64,000 bases of DNA from positions 391,054-455,053 of the forward strand of contig JAJRPM010000004.1 in assembly GCA_024280775.1 (NCBI GenBank), in the 5' to 3' direction. The stretch's first letter is position 1. Each line of letters starts with the position of its first letter. The stretch comes from Candidatus Zixiibacteriota bacterium (GTDB taxonomy: Bacteria > Zixibacteria > MSB-5A5 > GN15 > JACZUZ01). The position numbers and the translations under genes are program-made. Below, one piece after another: positions 29,114 through 37,260 of this stretch. The notes below the pieces were generated by a model. It saw only the letters and a program-made list of their open reading frames with translations, was not told the DNA's origin and ran no database searches.

Positions 29114-31231
29114 TTATCGCCTTAGCGAATATCCGTTGCTGTTGAGAGGCGGCGCGCCATTCGGGTTGCCGGTATTGAGGAAATTGATGGAAGATTTTAA
29201 TAGTCCGACAGTGTAGTCTGTGTTGTGGATACCTTCAGATCTGTCTTCTTCGACAAACTTGAAGTTGTAAACTGCGCCGGCGGAATCTGCTGTTGTTACA
29301 GTCACACTTAGCGGCGTACCTGACGCATCGACCAGATTCGCGGCTATTAGTAAGACCTTCAAACTATCAGCCAGTGAGTTTATCTCATCCTGAACACCTT
29401 CAATTGTACCATTGCCGTTGAAGTCCACGTCAGCTAACACGTTGAAATCTGAGATAGAACCATTGTGACAATTCGGGTCATTGCAACCACCGGTGTTCTG
29501 GAAATTGCGCGTCTTGTCGTGCATTATCCAAGTATGTCCTCCAGTGAATGTCGGAACTCCACCGTCCATGTGACATTGTATACATCCCTCGTCGGTCACA
29601 TTCGTATGCGCAGAGTTGCCATAACTGTACCCGGCGTATTCATATGCGTTCACGCCAATCAACATATCAGCCTGATTGCTATGGTGCGGCCCCCAATAGG
29701 CGCTGAGTGTCGTATTGGCGGTTACGTATGTACTCGCGTCCTGACGACTCTGGTGACAAGAGGCGCAAAGATTCGCGGGGCCTTTGTCAAAGGTCGCGCC
29801 GTTGGCCAAAGTAGCTGGAGTTTCTACTCGCAACTTGAAATCGCCGTTAGTGTGTGGCGCATGGCAGGTGAAGCAATTGATAGATGAGAAATGGTCGCCG
29901 GTGGCAGTTCCACCAGCCAGGTTCGCCACAAATCCTTCACTGGTGTGACACTTCTCACAAGCGGCATAGAAGGATTTGTTGTTGCGGTTTCTGTCTATGT
30001 TGTCACCTGAGGCGTGTTTAGAATTCTGCCATTGTTCACCCTTGGCCAACAGGAAGACATCCTTGTCTGAGTGACAGCTGAAACAACTAGTCGAAATATC
30101 CGTTTGTTCCACATGCACCCTACTTACATTAGCCGCCGCCCAGGTCTTGTCCTTATCAGAGTGACATTTCAGGCACGAGTAATCAAGTGTCAAATATCCA
30201 TTAGCAAACTTTCCATCCGCAGTAAACATTTCGGCGCTCGGATCGGTGTTGATTTGGAATAGATGTGACGGCACATCGCCTGAATAAGTTGCCAAATCAC
30301 CTATTGCGGATTTGGCTGCTTTGGGCATGTGGCAATCAATACACTCCGGTCCATTTGGATCCGCCTTGTGTTGGGTAATAGAAGTATTTTGGAAAGTATT
30401 GTATTCCTTGATGTGACAGTTCTCGCAATTTACGTTGATCGCTTGATCTCTATTAGGATTCAACGGATGCAGACTCTCATGCACATCGTGACAATCCACA
30501 CATTGAAGCGCTCTGTGTTGACTGCTGGCCATTTCATTCCATTGCTCGTGATGTCTGATGAACCCTCCGCTGGCCGGGATTGCGTTGACATCCCCACGAA
30601 TGTGACACTTACCACAGCCCTCGTTGGAGCGGTCGATTTTCATAGCCACACTCAGTGGGTCAGACTCATGCGCCTCACCCGGACCGTGACATTCTTCACA
30701 TTGGATGCCATTGGCTTCCCAGGTGCCAATAAGACCAGGTTTGCCTTCTTGATTGCCCACTGGTTTGTAGTTGGTCATGTGACACGGACCGCAATCATAG
30801 GGTTTGGTCTCGCCTGAGTGATATGCCACCCAGCCACCGGTTTCCAAATTGTATTGCACTTGATCACCAGTGATGATGAAACCATCATTGTCGATGAAGC
30901 GCGCCTTCCACCTGAAGCCACCGATAACTTTATCCACGTCAGCCCAATTCACACCAGGAGGCGGAGTCGGTACCGAGGAATACGGATAATAACCCGCTTG
31001 CTGGACATCCGAAGCCTCGTTGAGCTTGTATGGATGACCAGTCTTCATGAATTCTGTATACTTGGCCTCATGGCAACCGGTGGAACCGCAACTGGAACTC
31101 CCCATGTATGAAGCGGTAGCTGGTGTAACGGTTTTTGTGATTTCGTTTGTTACTGTTCGCTCGCAAGCAATGGAAACTGCCATAAATCCAATGGCTATTG
31201 TCCAAACTAATAGAGCATGTTTCTGTTTCAT
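29114..31231 (-). CDS. Multiheme c-type cytochrome lipoprotein (12 CxxCH plus 2 CxxxxCH)
   Basis: The signal peptide ends in the lipobox-like AVSIAC. I counted 12 CxxCH motifs. There are also two CX4CH motifs, CGSTGCH (31070-31090) and CNDPNCH (29465-29485). The C-terminal roughly 115 aa is heme-free and carries a Ca-loop-like DVDFNGNGTIE. Confidence 0.9.
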   Translation of the reverse strand: MKQKHALLVWTIAIGFMAVSIACERTVTNEITKTVTPATASYMGSSSCGSTGCHEAKYTEFMKTGHPYKLNEASDVQQAGYYPYSSVPTPPPGVNWADVDKVIGGFRWKARFIDNDGFIITGDQVQYNLETGGWVAYHSGETKPYDCGPCHMTNYKPVGNQEGKPGLIGTWEANGIQCEECHGPGEAHESDPLSVAMKIDRSNEGCGKCHIRGDVNAIPASGGFIRHHEQWNEMASSQHRALQCVDCHDVHESLHPLNPNRDQAINVNCENCHIKEYNTFQNTSITQHKADPNGPECIDCHMPKAAKSAIGDLATYSGDVPSHLFQINTDPSAEMFTADGKFANGYLTLDYSCLKCHSDKDKTWAAANVSRVHVEQTDISTSCFSCHSDKDVFLLAKGEQWQNSKHASGDNIDRNRNNKSFYAACEKCHTSEGFVANLAGGTATGDHFSSINCFTCHAPHTNGDFKLRVETPATLANGATFDKGPANLCASCHQSRQDASTYVTANTTLSAYWGPHHSNQADMLIGVNAYEYAGYSYGNSAHTNVTDEGCIQCHMDGGVPTFTGGHTWIMHDKTRNFQNTGGCNDPNCHNGSISDFNVLADVDFNGNGTIEGVQDEINSLADSLKVLLIAANLVDASGTPLSVTVTTADSAGAVYNFKFVEEDRSEGIHNTDYTVGLLKSSINFLNTGNPNGAPPLNSNGYSLRR

Positions 31232-31280
31232 AAGCGCCCCCTAACTCCTTGTAGTAGCATCCCTCTCCAGGGATTCCTCT

Positions 31281-32903
31281 TTATAATTGAATGTTCTTCT
31301 TTAGATATAGCTCAAAAATATTTCCAGTGTAAAATTGGTCTGCGAATAGAAAGTCATCGAAATTCTGCGCGGTGTATTTGAAACCTGCGCTATAGTCAGA
31401 TGTCACTTCATACGCCGCCTCGAGCTCCAGATTGAAGCGCTCGATATTCTGGTTTCTGCGGCTTCGCTGATATGACCCACCCAAACTCAGATTCAGCTTA
31501 TCGAACGTGACAGGCTTCACACGCGCTCTGATCACATTATCTGAAAACTCATAAGTGTCCTCTGCGCTATTGTTCTGAAACTTACCAACGTAGTACGAAT
31601 AGGTAACCGAAACAGAGCCATACTTTTTCGATTTTAGATTCGCTGTCGTGGTAATAACATTGTAATTGACACGAGTCTCTATGTTCGGATTCGTTAGTGT
31701 GTCACGGATTGAGAGCGCCGGGTCACGGTTTGTCGTTTTTCCACTCCAGCGCATTGAAACATCACCCCAACCTTTGTCTCGGTATTTGACAGTGACTTTT
31801 TGTCTGTAGGCTGTCAGGTCACCAGTTTGGGTTGCTCCATTGTTGACATTCTTGTCACGCAGGAAAAACTCGCCGTTGGCGCTGAAATGTTTCTTATCGC
31901 GCAACCAACCACCGATTATTATGCCGTTTGAGGTGGTTCTCTCACTGAGATCATCTGAGATACGATTCTCATAACCCAAACGAAGTCCATAACGACCGCG
32001 CCAGCTTTTTGCCAGAGTCAGCGCGTTGACAACATTGTCGGTTTCAGCGAACTGTCCTGAGCTGTTGTTTGTGCGGCCAAAGGTAAACTTGTAAGTAGCG
32101 CTCACTCTATTCGGCAATGACGCTCTAGCTATTGCCCAGCCAAGTTTTGTTTCCAACTCCTGAGCTCCGACATCAAGTTTGGCACGTCGGTAGGTGTAGC
32201 CACTGGACAGTGTTAGACGATCCCAACCGAACCGGCGGACGCCAGCGCGAATGTTGAAATTGTCGGTTGTCCTATCGGCGGCGCTCCGCGCATTATCGCT
32301 AAGCTTGGAGTTCCGGTATTCCACTCGAAGCTCTCCGTGGTGATCGAATGCCCTAGCCCCGATATTGTATGTCGTGTTTTGGTAATCTACTCTGTAAGAA
32401 GTGGTGTCAGCCCGCGACTGAAAAACATCAGTGAAGACACCCACCCGGTCAGTCAGCGAGAATCCTCCAAATAGTTCAGCGTTTCTCGAAGCGTTAACTG
32501 ACGCAGAACTACGGAATGACTCACGACGAACCGGGTCACTCGCATTCGCGCTGTAGATTCTCTGATTCCTGTCGTGATGCACATTCAACGAAAACGCGCC
32601 CGGTTTGAAGAGGCTTACTGTTTCGTTGCGATTCTTCAAAGTGGCATTGGTTATATCTGCGCGCAAACCAAGTCCATTTGCCCAAAAGTAGGAGAAGTCA
32701 TTAACACTAATGCCAAGTCCTTCGTAGAGGTCGAATGTCTTCTGGTTAACAGCCCGACTTCCTTCTTCGTCAGTGAGGACATACCCCAACTTTACGGTTC
32801 CACCGCCCGTTTGGGCTAGTAACGAATTCGATACCCCCGATAGCATCAGAAACAGAGCGGTTGACAGCGCTAGTATGATTATTCTTTTGACTGCATATTT
32901 CAT
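31281..32903 (-). CDS. Predicted outer-membrane beta-barrel (porin-like) protein
   Basis: A signal peptide (…SNSLLAQ) is followed by about 500 aa of alternating hydrophobic/polar dyads rich in Y, R, N, S and G, with no Cys and no TM helices. The start lies 1 nt after the upstream cytochrome stop. Confidence 0.7.
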   Translation of the reverse strand: MKYAVKRIIILALSTALFLMLSGVSNSLLAQTGGGTVKLGYVLTDEEGSRAVNQKTFDLYEGLGISVNDFSYFWANGLGLRADITNATLKNRNETVSLFKPGAFSLNVHHDRNQRIYSANASDPVRRESFRSSASVNASRNAELFGGFSLTDRVGVFTDVFQSRADTTSYRVDYQNTTYNIGARAFDHHGELRVEYRNSKLSDNARSAADRTTDNFNIRAGVRRFGWDRLTLSSGYTYRRAKLDVGAQELETKLGWAIARASLPNRVSATYKFTFGRTNNSSGQFAETDNVVNALTLAKSWRGRYGLRLGYENRISDDLSERTTSNGIIIGGWLRDKKHFSANGEFFLRDKNVNNGATQTGDLTAYRQKVTVKYRDKGWGDVSMRWSGKTTNRDPALSIRDTLTNPNIETRVNYNVITTTANLKSKKYGSVSVTYSYYVGKFQNNSAEDTYEFSDNVIRARVKPVTFDKLNLSLGGSYQRSRRNQNIERFNLELEAAYEVTSDYSAGFKYTAQNFDDFLFADQFYTGNIFELYLKKNIQL

Positions 32904-32904
32904 A

Positions 32905-33924
32905 TCATCCTCCTATCTCATCAAGCGGATGACATGTCGCCTCGAAACAATCCCTGAAGTAGCCCACCACACTTTGCAGGTTAGGTCGGAGAAAATGTTT
33001 GTCGGTGAATGATCCGTGGATATCTGAGTGGCAAGTGACACAGGTGCGATTATTGGCGATTCCGCCGTGCTCGGTCTCGTGTTTCGGTGGTTTGACGTGA
33101 CACTGTAAGCAAACATCATCCGAACGCTCTTTGAGGAGAAAGTTGGATTCGCTTCCATGCGGATTGTGACACTCCAAACATCCGTCACCCTCGGTTGTGT
33201 ATGTAACCGTCGCTTCATGCTCGTAGGGAAATGGACCTGTGTGTTCTGCGTGACAGTTTCCACACACGCCACCTGAACTTGAAATTACTCCGCCTATATC
33301 AGCGCCGGTAAAATCGTGGCAACTTAGACACAACGTATTCCCTTCGCTTACCGGATGTCTTGATCTGCGATCAAACTCAAGCTCGATATCCGAGTGACAT
33401 GACAAACACAATTCTTTTTCTGGCGCTATAAGGAGCTTCTTGGCGTTTACATCGGAGCTATGAACACTGTGACAATCCAAGCATCCCAACTCCCCGTCGA
33501 TATGAGCATTGAATCCTCGCCCATCGAGTTCAGTGTGAGGCATATGGCAATTAGAACACAGGGCTGTTTGGTTTGCAGGGTCCAGATTTGTTGGATTGGT
33601 GATGTTCTCCGCTGAAGGATCTTCCACATGATTCGTCGCCCCCATGTGACATGACGAGCAACTCAATCCGCCGAGATCAGCTATCGCATCGGCGTGAGCT
33701 GTGTGTTTCAGACTTGGAGCGCTTTCTTCATGGCAGTCAGCGCAAACCGATGATTCTACCTCCGGTGAATCAGAGAGGTTTGCCAGCGCCGGGTACCCCC
33801 CGATAAACCCCAGCGCCATGGCAAACACTACAACTATCGCAAGCGCCCCCAATATCCACCTTAGCCAGGCTTCGCGGCCCTGATCAACTATTCCCTGCTG
33901 TCCCAAAATACTATTCTTCGACAT
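32905..33924 (-). CDS. Decaheme c-type cytochrome (10 CxxCH plus 1 CxxxxCH) with an N-terminal hydrophobic segment
   Basis: I counted 10 CxxCH motifs. Paired-motif spacers of the MtrA/DmsE kind are present (GPFPYEH..., CLECHNPHGSESNFLL). The terminal motif CFEATCH is at 32929-32949. The N-terminal TM or signal segment is WILGALAIVVVFAMALGFIGG. Confidence 0.9.
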   Translation of the reverse strand: MSKNSILGQQGIVDQGREAWLRWILGALAIVVVFAMALGFIGGYPALANLSDSPEVESSVCADCHEESAPSLKHTAHADAIADLGGLSCSSCHMGATNHVEDPSAENITNPTNLDPANQTALCSNCHMPHTELDGRGFNAHIDGELGCLDCHSVHSSDVNAKKLLIAPEKELCLSCHSDIELEFDRRSRHPVSEGNTLCLSCHDFTGADIGGVISSSGGVCGNCHAEHTGPFPYEHEATVTYTTEGDGCLECHNPHGSESNFLLKERSDDVCLQCHVKPPKHETEHGGIANNRTCVTCHSDIHGSFTDKHFLRPNLQSVVGYFRDCFEATCHPLDEIGG

Positions 33925-34019
33925 CGATATGTTTACCCCTCATAATTACCGAGTTCCCGACTCTTGTATCGACGATAGTGTCAAAGACTTAACAATGTCA
34001 AGACTTTATTATTGGGCCA

Positions 34020-34035
34020 TGTGATTTTTTTCACA
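34020..34035. promoter_or_regulatory. Perfect CRP-family palindrome TGTGA-TTTTTT-TCACA
   Basis: The exact consensus half-sites with 6-nt spacing are centred about 103 bp upstream of the decaheme ATG (33924). This is about 20 bp upstream of a minus-strand TTGACA hexamer (34001-33996). Confidence 0.55.
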
Positions 34036-34103
34036 AGACCTGTCGGGCCCTCATTAGGACACATGACGATTAGTAGCTTGTGCTACTGTCATTTACGTAA
34101 GCA

Positions 34104-34117
34104 TTGACGTTCATCAA
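34104..34117. promoter_or_regulatory. FNR-box-like site TTGAC-GTTC-ATCAA
   Basis: It has one mismatch to TTGAT-N4-ATCAA. An adjacent perfect 8-bp palindrome, TTACGTAA, lies at 34093-34100. Confidence 0.3.
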
Positions 34118-34447
34118 AATCTCGACAATACCGGACCTTTACTGTCCGCATAGCGGCTTTAATTCACCTCGACAGAACGCAGAGTATTCAGACCTACCTA
34201 TCGGAAATGATTCACAGGAAGGCTGATGAGCCTGTGCCCCCAGAATTCCTAGCCGCGGCGAGGCAAGAACAATCAAAACCAGGAAAGTTTTGTAGATACT
34301 GCTATTGCCTGCGTCAAGGGGAGATGAATATCTACCGACAAACAGAGTAGTGACCGCGCCTTCGTCACGCTTTGGACTTCTGAAGGAATGTGATATCCAA
34401 ATCGCTCAATATCAAATCCCCAGGGCGCATCACAAACGAGCCAGAAC

Positions 34448-35326
34448 ATGACGAAAGACATACAACAGAGTAGTTCTCTTGAACAGATTCTCAACACTAT
34501 CGGCGAGTTACCTAGCTCCCCGGCAGTAGTTAGTCTGGTGATGGGAATGACTTCGGATTTGAATACTGATGTGCGCGAGTTATCGCGAGCGTTATCCTCA
34601 GATCCGGCAATGGCGGCTCGCGCTTTGCGGCTGTCGAATTCTCCATTCTATGGACGACCGGCAGATGTCAGCTCAGTCGAGGAGGCAGTGCTGGTTTTGG
34701 GCTTCTTCACAGTTCGTTCTTTGGTGGTCGCCACTGCAACCTATGACTTGTTCAAGGGTGACGGTCAATCAGAGAATCAGGAGAATCTAGCTAGCGCTCT
34801 ATGGGAGCATTCACTGGCAACTGCAATTGCTTCCCGGCAAATAGCTCAATTGATAGAGCATAACAATCTTGAAGAGTGTTTCCTGGCCGGACTAATGCAT
34901 GACATTGGCAAGCTTATTTTGCTGAAGAAATTTCCGGAGCAATACCCAGAGATGATCGAGGGGGCTCAACCGGGAGTAAGCAGTATCCCCGGTGAACGTG
35001 AAGCATTCGGATTCGGTCATGACGAACTCGGCTCGGCTCTCTTGAGTTCATGGTCTTTCCCTGAGCTGTTGGTGAGCGCTATCGCCGACCATCATGACCG
35101 CACTGCCCAGCAGGAAAATGAGCCAATTAGTATTTCAAATATAGTGAATCTAGCCAGCGCAGTCGCGCGAGAAATCGGCGCAGGATTTGGAGAATCCGAC
35201 ATTGAGGAATTCTCCGCAGAGAATCTATGGAGCGCCAAGGCGCTTTCTATCGACGATGAGAAACTCGCGGAGATTCGTGACAATCTAGCTGAAAACTTCC
35301 AACAGGAACGCAGTCTATTTGTCTGA
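34448..35326 (+). CDS. HDOD-domain signalling protein
   Basis: Contains LPSSPAVVSLVMGMTSDLNTDVRELSRALSSDPAMAARALRLSNSPFYG ... AGLMHDIGKLILL. Confidence 0.85.
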   Translation: MTKDIQQSSSLEQILNTIGELPSSPAVVSLVMGMTSDLNTDVRELSRALSSDPAMAARALRLSNSPFYGRPADVSSVEEAVLVLGFFTVRSLVVATATYDLFKGDGQSENQENLASALWEHSLATAIASRQIAQLIEHNNLEECFLAGLMHDIGKLILLKKFPEQYPEMIEGAQPGVSSIPGEREAFGFGHDELGSALLSSWSFPELLVSAIADHHDRTAQQENEPISISNIVNLASAVAREIGAGFGESDIEEFSAENLWSAKALSIDDEKLAEIRDNLAENFQQERSLFV

Positions 35327-35353
35327 GATACATCAGTAAGTATCCCGGAGAAA

Positions 35354-36922
35354 TTGCAATTAGGCATAGCGTTAAAAATAACACAGATGAAGAAATCCAA
35401 ACTACATGCCGCCTCTCGCTTGCGACTTGATCAGTTTCTGGATAACGGCTCCTTGCCATCTATTCCTCAGGTGCTTTTCAAGATTCGCGAGGTCAGCGAG
35501 GACCCCAAGTCCGGAGTTGCTGACTTAGCCAATGTAATCCTTACCGACCATCAACTGACAACCCGTATTCTCCGAATGGCGAATTCCGCATACTATGGTG
35601 AATATGCGGGGAAAGTTACTCGTGTGACACAGGCGGTTACATTGATGGGATTTCGCTCGGTGAGAAATGCGGCGTTGGCGCTGGCGATTTACTCAGCGGT
35701 GGAGAAACTTTCGAAATGCACAGCCTTTGATTTTCCGACGTTTTGGACTCGCTCAATTGGAGTCGGGGTTATTGCCAAGCAATTGGCCCTGAGCAATGGC
35801 TACCGTTCGTCAGAAGAAGCATTTATCACAGGTTTTCTGCACAATATCGGCCAGCCGCTTCTCGCGGCGGTTTTTCCCCGGGAATATGATGAAATACTGA
35901 TGAAAAACCCCACACCAAATTCTCTACCGGACTTTGAAGAAGAGGTATTGGGGCTGAATCATCTCATAGCCGGTGGCTGGCTGGCGCGCAAATGGAAACT
36001 TCCGCTCAAACTGGTGGCGCCAATCGAAGAGCATGATAGACGCTCATACAAGGAAAACGAGCGCGCAAGTGAACGGCTGACAGATTATGTCTATGTCGCA
36101 AACAGACTTTTTCCACATGTGATGATCCGTAACACCGGGCAAGGCGGATCGTTGGCCCGCACACAGAGTGAAGCATTGAGTTTGCTCGATTTGAAGCCTG
36201 AGAATATCGATGCACTGGTTGAGGACGGTCGCGCATTGATTGTTGAAATCGCTTCTGAATTGAATATGCAAATCAGCGAGGGAGCTCAGGAGAATCCGTT
36301 AGAATCTGTAGCGGCCCTCAATTCAAAACTGGCGCTGCGTGAATTGCAACTATCTATCATCCAAGGCGCTACTGAGGCTTTGATGAAAGCGAATTCTGAT
36401 GAGGATGTTTTAGGAATTGTTGTCGATGGAGCGTTCCGGGGTTTGGAGCTTGGGGCGATGGTGTTCTTCGAAAAATCTGAGAGCAACGGAGAATTCACCG
36501 GGATGCTGGGCTATGGAAGAATCAACCCTGCAAGGAGTCAATTAGTTATTCCGCAGAATCAGAGTAACGCCGACCTATTTGACAAGCTAAACGCCGGGAA
36601 TATCTATCAGGGGAAATCTTTGCCAGCGACCATTGATGGTGTGCAAAGCAACGCCGCTCTAACAGCTGATGAAAACTTTGACCCCGAAGCAACCCTGTAT
36701 ATTCAGCAAAACAACAAGTTTGTGGCTATACCTTTGCACGTAGAAGGCGAATTGAAATACATCGCCATCGCAACTCCTCATACAGGCTATGACCACGTAG
36801 ACGAACAAAAAGTCCGCACCCTCAGCTCACTGTGCTCACAAGCATCACTATCCCTGGTGAGCCTTTCGCTTCGTCGCCGTCTCAAAGATGGCGAAATGCA
36901 GCGCATCAACGTTTCACACTAA
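35354..36922 (+). CDS. HDOD-domain protein with a C-terminal GAF-like region
   Basis: Contains LPSIPQVLFKIREVSEDPKSGVADLANVILTDHQLTTRILRMANSAYYG ... GFLHNIGQPLL. The C-terminal roughly 200 aa is uncharacterised. The true start may be the Met at 35387. Confidence 0.8.
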   Translation: MQLGIALKITQMKKSKLHAASRLRLDQFLDNGSLPSIPQVLFKIREVSEDPKSGVADLANVILTDHQLTTRILRMANSAYYGEYAGKVTRVTQAVTLMGFRSVRNAALALAIYSAVEKLSKCTAFDFPTFWTRSIGVGVIAKQLALSNGYRSSEEAFITGFLHNIGQPLLAAVFPREYDEILMKNPTPNSLPDFEEEVLGLNHLIAGGWLARKWKLPLKLVAPIEEHDRRSYKENERASERLTDYVYVANRLFPHVMIRNTGQGGSLARTQSEALSLLDLKPENIDALVEDGRALIVEIASELNMQISEGAQENPLESVAALNSKLALRELQLSIIQGATEALMKANSDEDVLGIVVDGAFRGLELGAMVFFEKSESNGEFTGMLGYGRINPARSQLVIPQNQSNADLFDKLNAGNIYQGKSLPATIDGVQSNAALTADENFDPEATLYIQQNNKFVAIPLHVEGELKYIAIATPHTGYDHVDEQKVRTLSSLCSQASLSLVSLSLRRRLKDGEMQRINVSH

Positions 36923-37040
36923 TTGTCAGCGATCCACATACTCCAAAATCTCCACGGCTAACGTTACTTAGCTGTAGATACCGTCTTGTTGGGGCAATAC
37001 TATTAGTTATCTAATACTGGAAATCTATAACTTCAATCAA

Positions 37041-37127
37041 TGGTGCCGAAGGGGGGACTCGAACCCCCACGTCCTTACGGACACTACGCCCTGAACGTAG
37101 CGCGTCTACCAATTCCACCACTTCGGC
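37041..37127 (-). tRNA. tRNA-Leu (anticodon CAG), CCA encoded
   Basis: I folded it by hand. The acceptor stem is GCCGAAG/CTTCGGC. The anticodon stem is CTACG/CGTAG with loop TTCAGGG. The long variable arm is GTCC-GTAA-GGAC. The T arm is GGGGG-TTCGAGT-CCCCC. The 3' end is ACCA. Confidence 0.9.
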
Positions 37128-37168
37128 ATTCTGCGGACGCCGCAAGGACTATCCCTGCAACGGAGCCA

Positions 37169-37197
37169 ATTATACGGTGAATCGGTTTCATCGGCAA
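37169..37197 (-). promoter_or_regulatory. Candidate promoter for tRNA-Leu (TTGCCG-17 nt-TATAAT)
   Basis: On the minus strand, a perfect -10 TATAAT is at 37174-37169 and -35 TTGCCG is at 37197-37192. It lies about 35 nt upstream of the mature 5' end. Confidence 0.5.
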
Positions 37198-37260
37198 GTG
37201 GCCAAGCCTCCCAAAGAGGGTTCACTTGACAGGGTATCGCCTGACAACGACATTGTTTTG

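Noticed and set aside
29114-33924. A high density of GTGACA hexamers inside the cytochrome genes, which might be extra regulatory sites.
   Set aside because: They are explained by coding. Cys-His in CxxCH is frequently encoded TGT-CAC on the minus strand, which reads GTGACA on the plus strand. Only the intergenic copies (28939-29022 and 22889-22904) need another explanation. I also considered whether the intergenic cluster is a decayed cytochrome fragment. No frame there gives CxxCH, and both orientations occur on one strand.
34273-34497. A 74-aa minus-strand ORF overlapping the HDOD start.
   Set aside because: It lies in the regulatory region, has no ribosome-binding site, and is Cys/Trp-rich. 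It overlaps the well-supported HDOD start.
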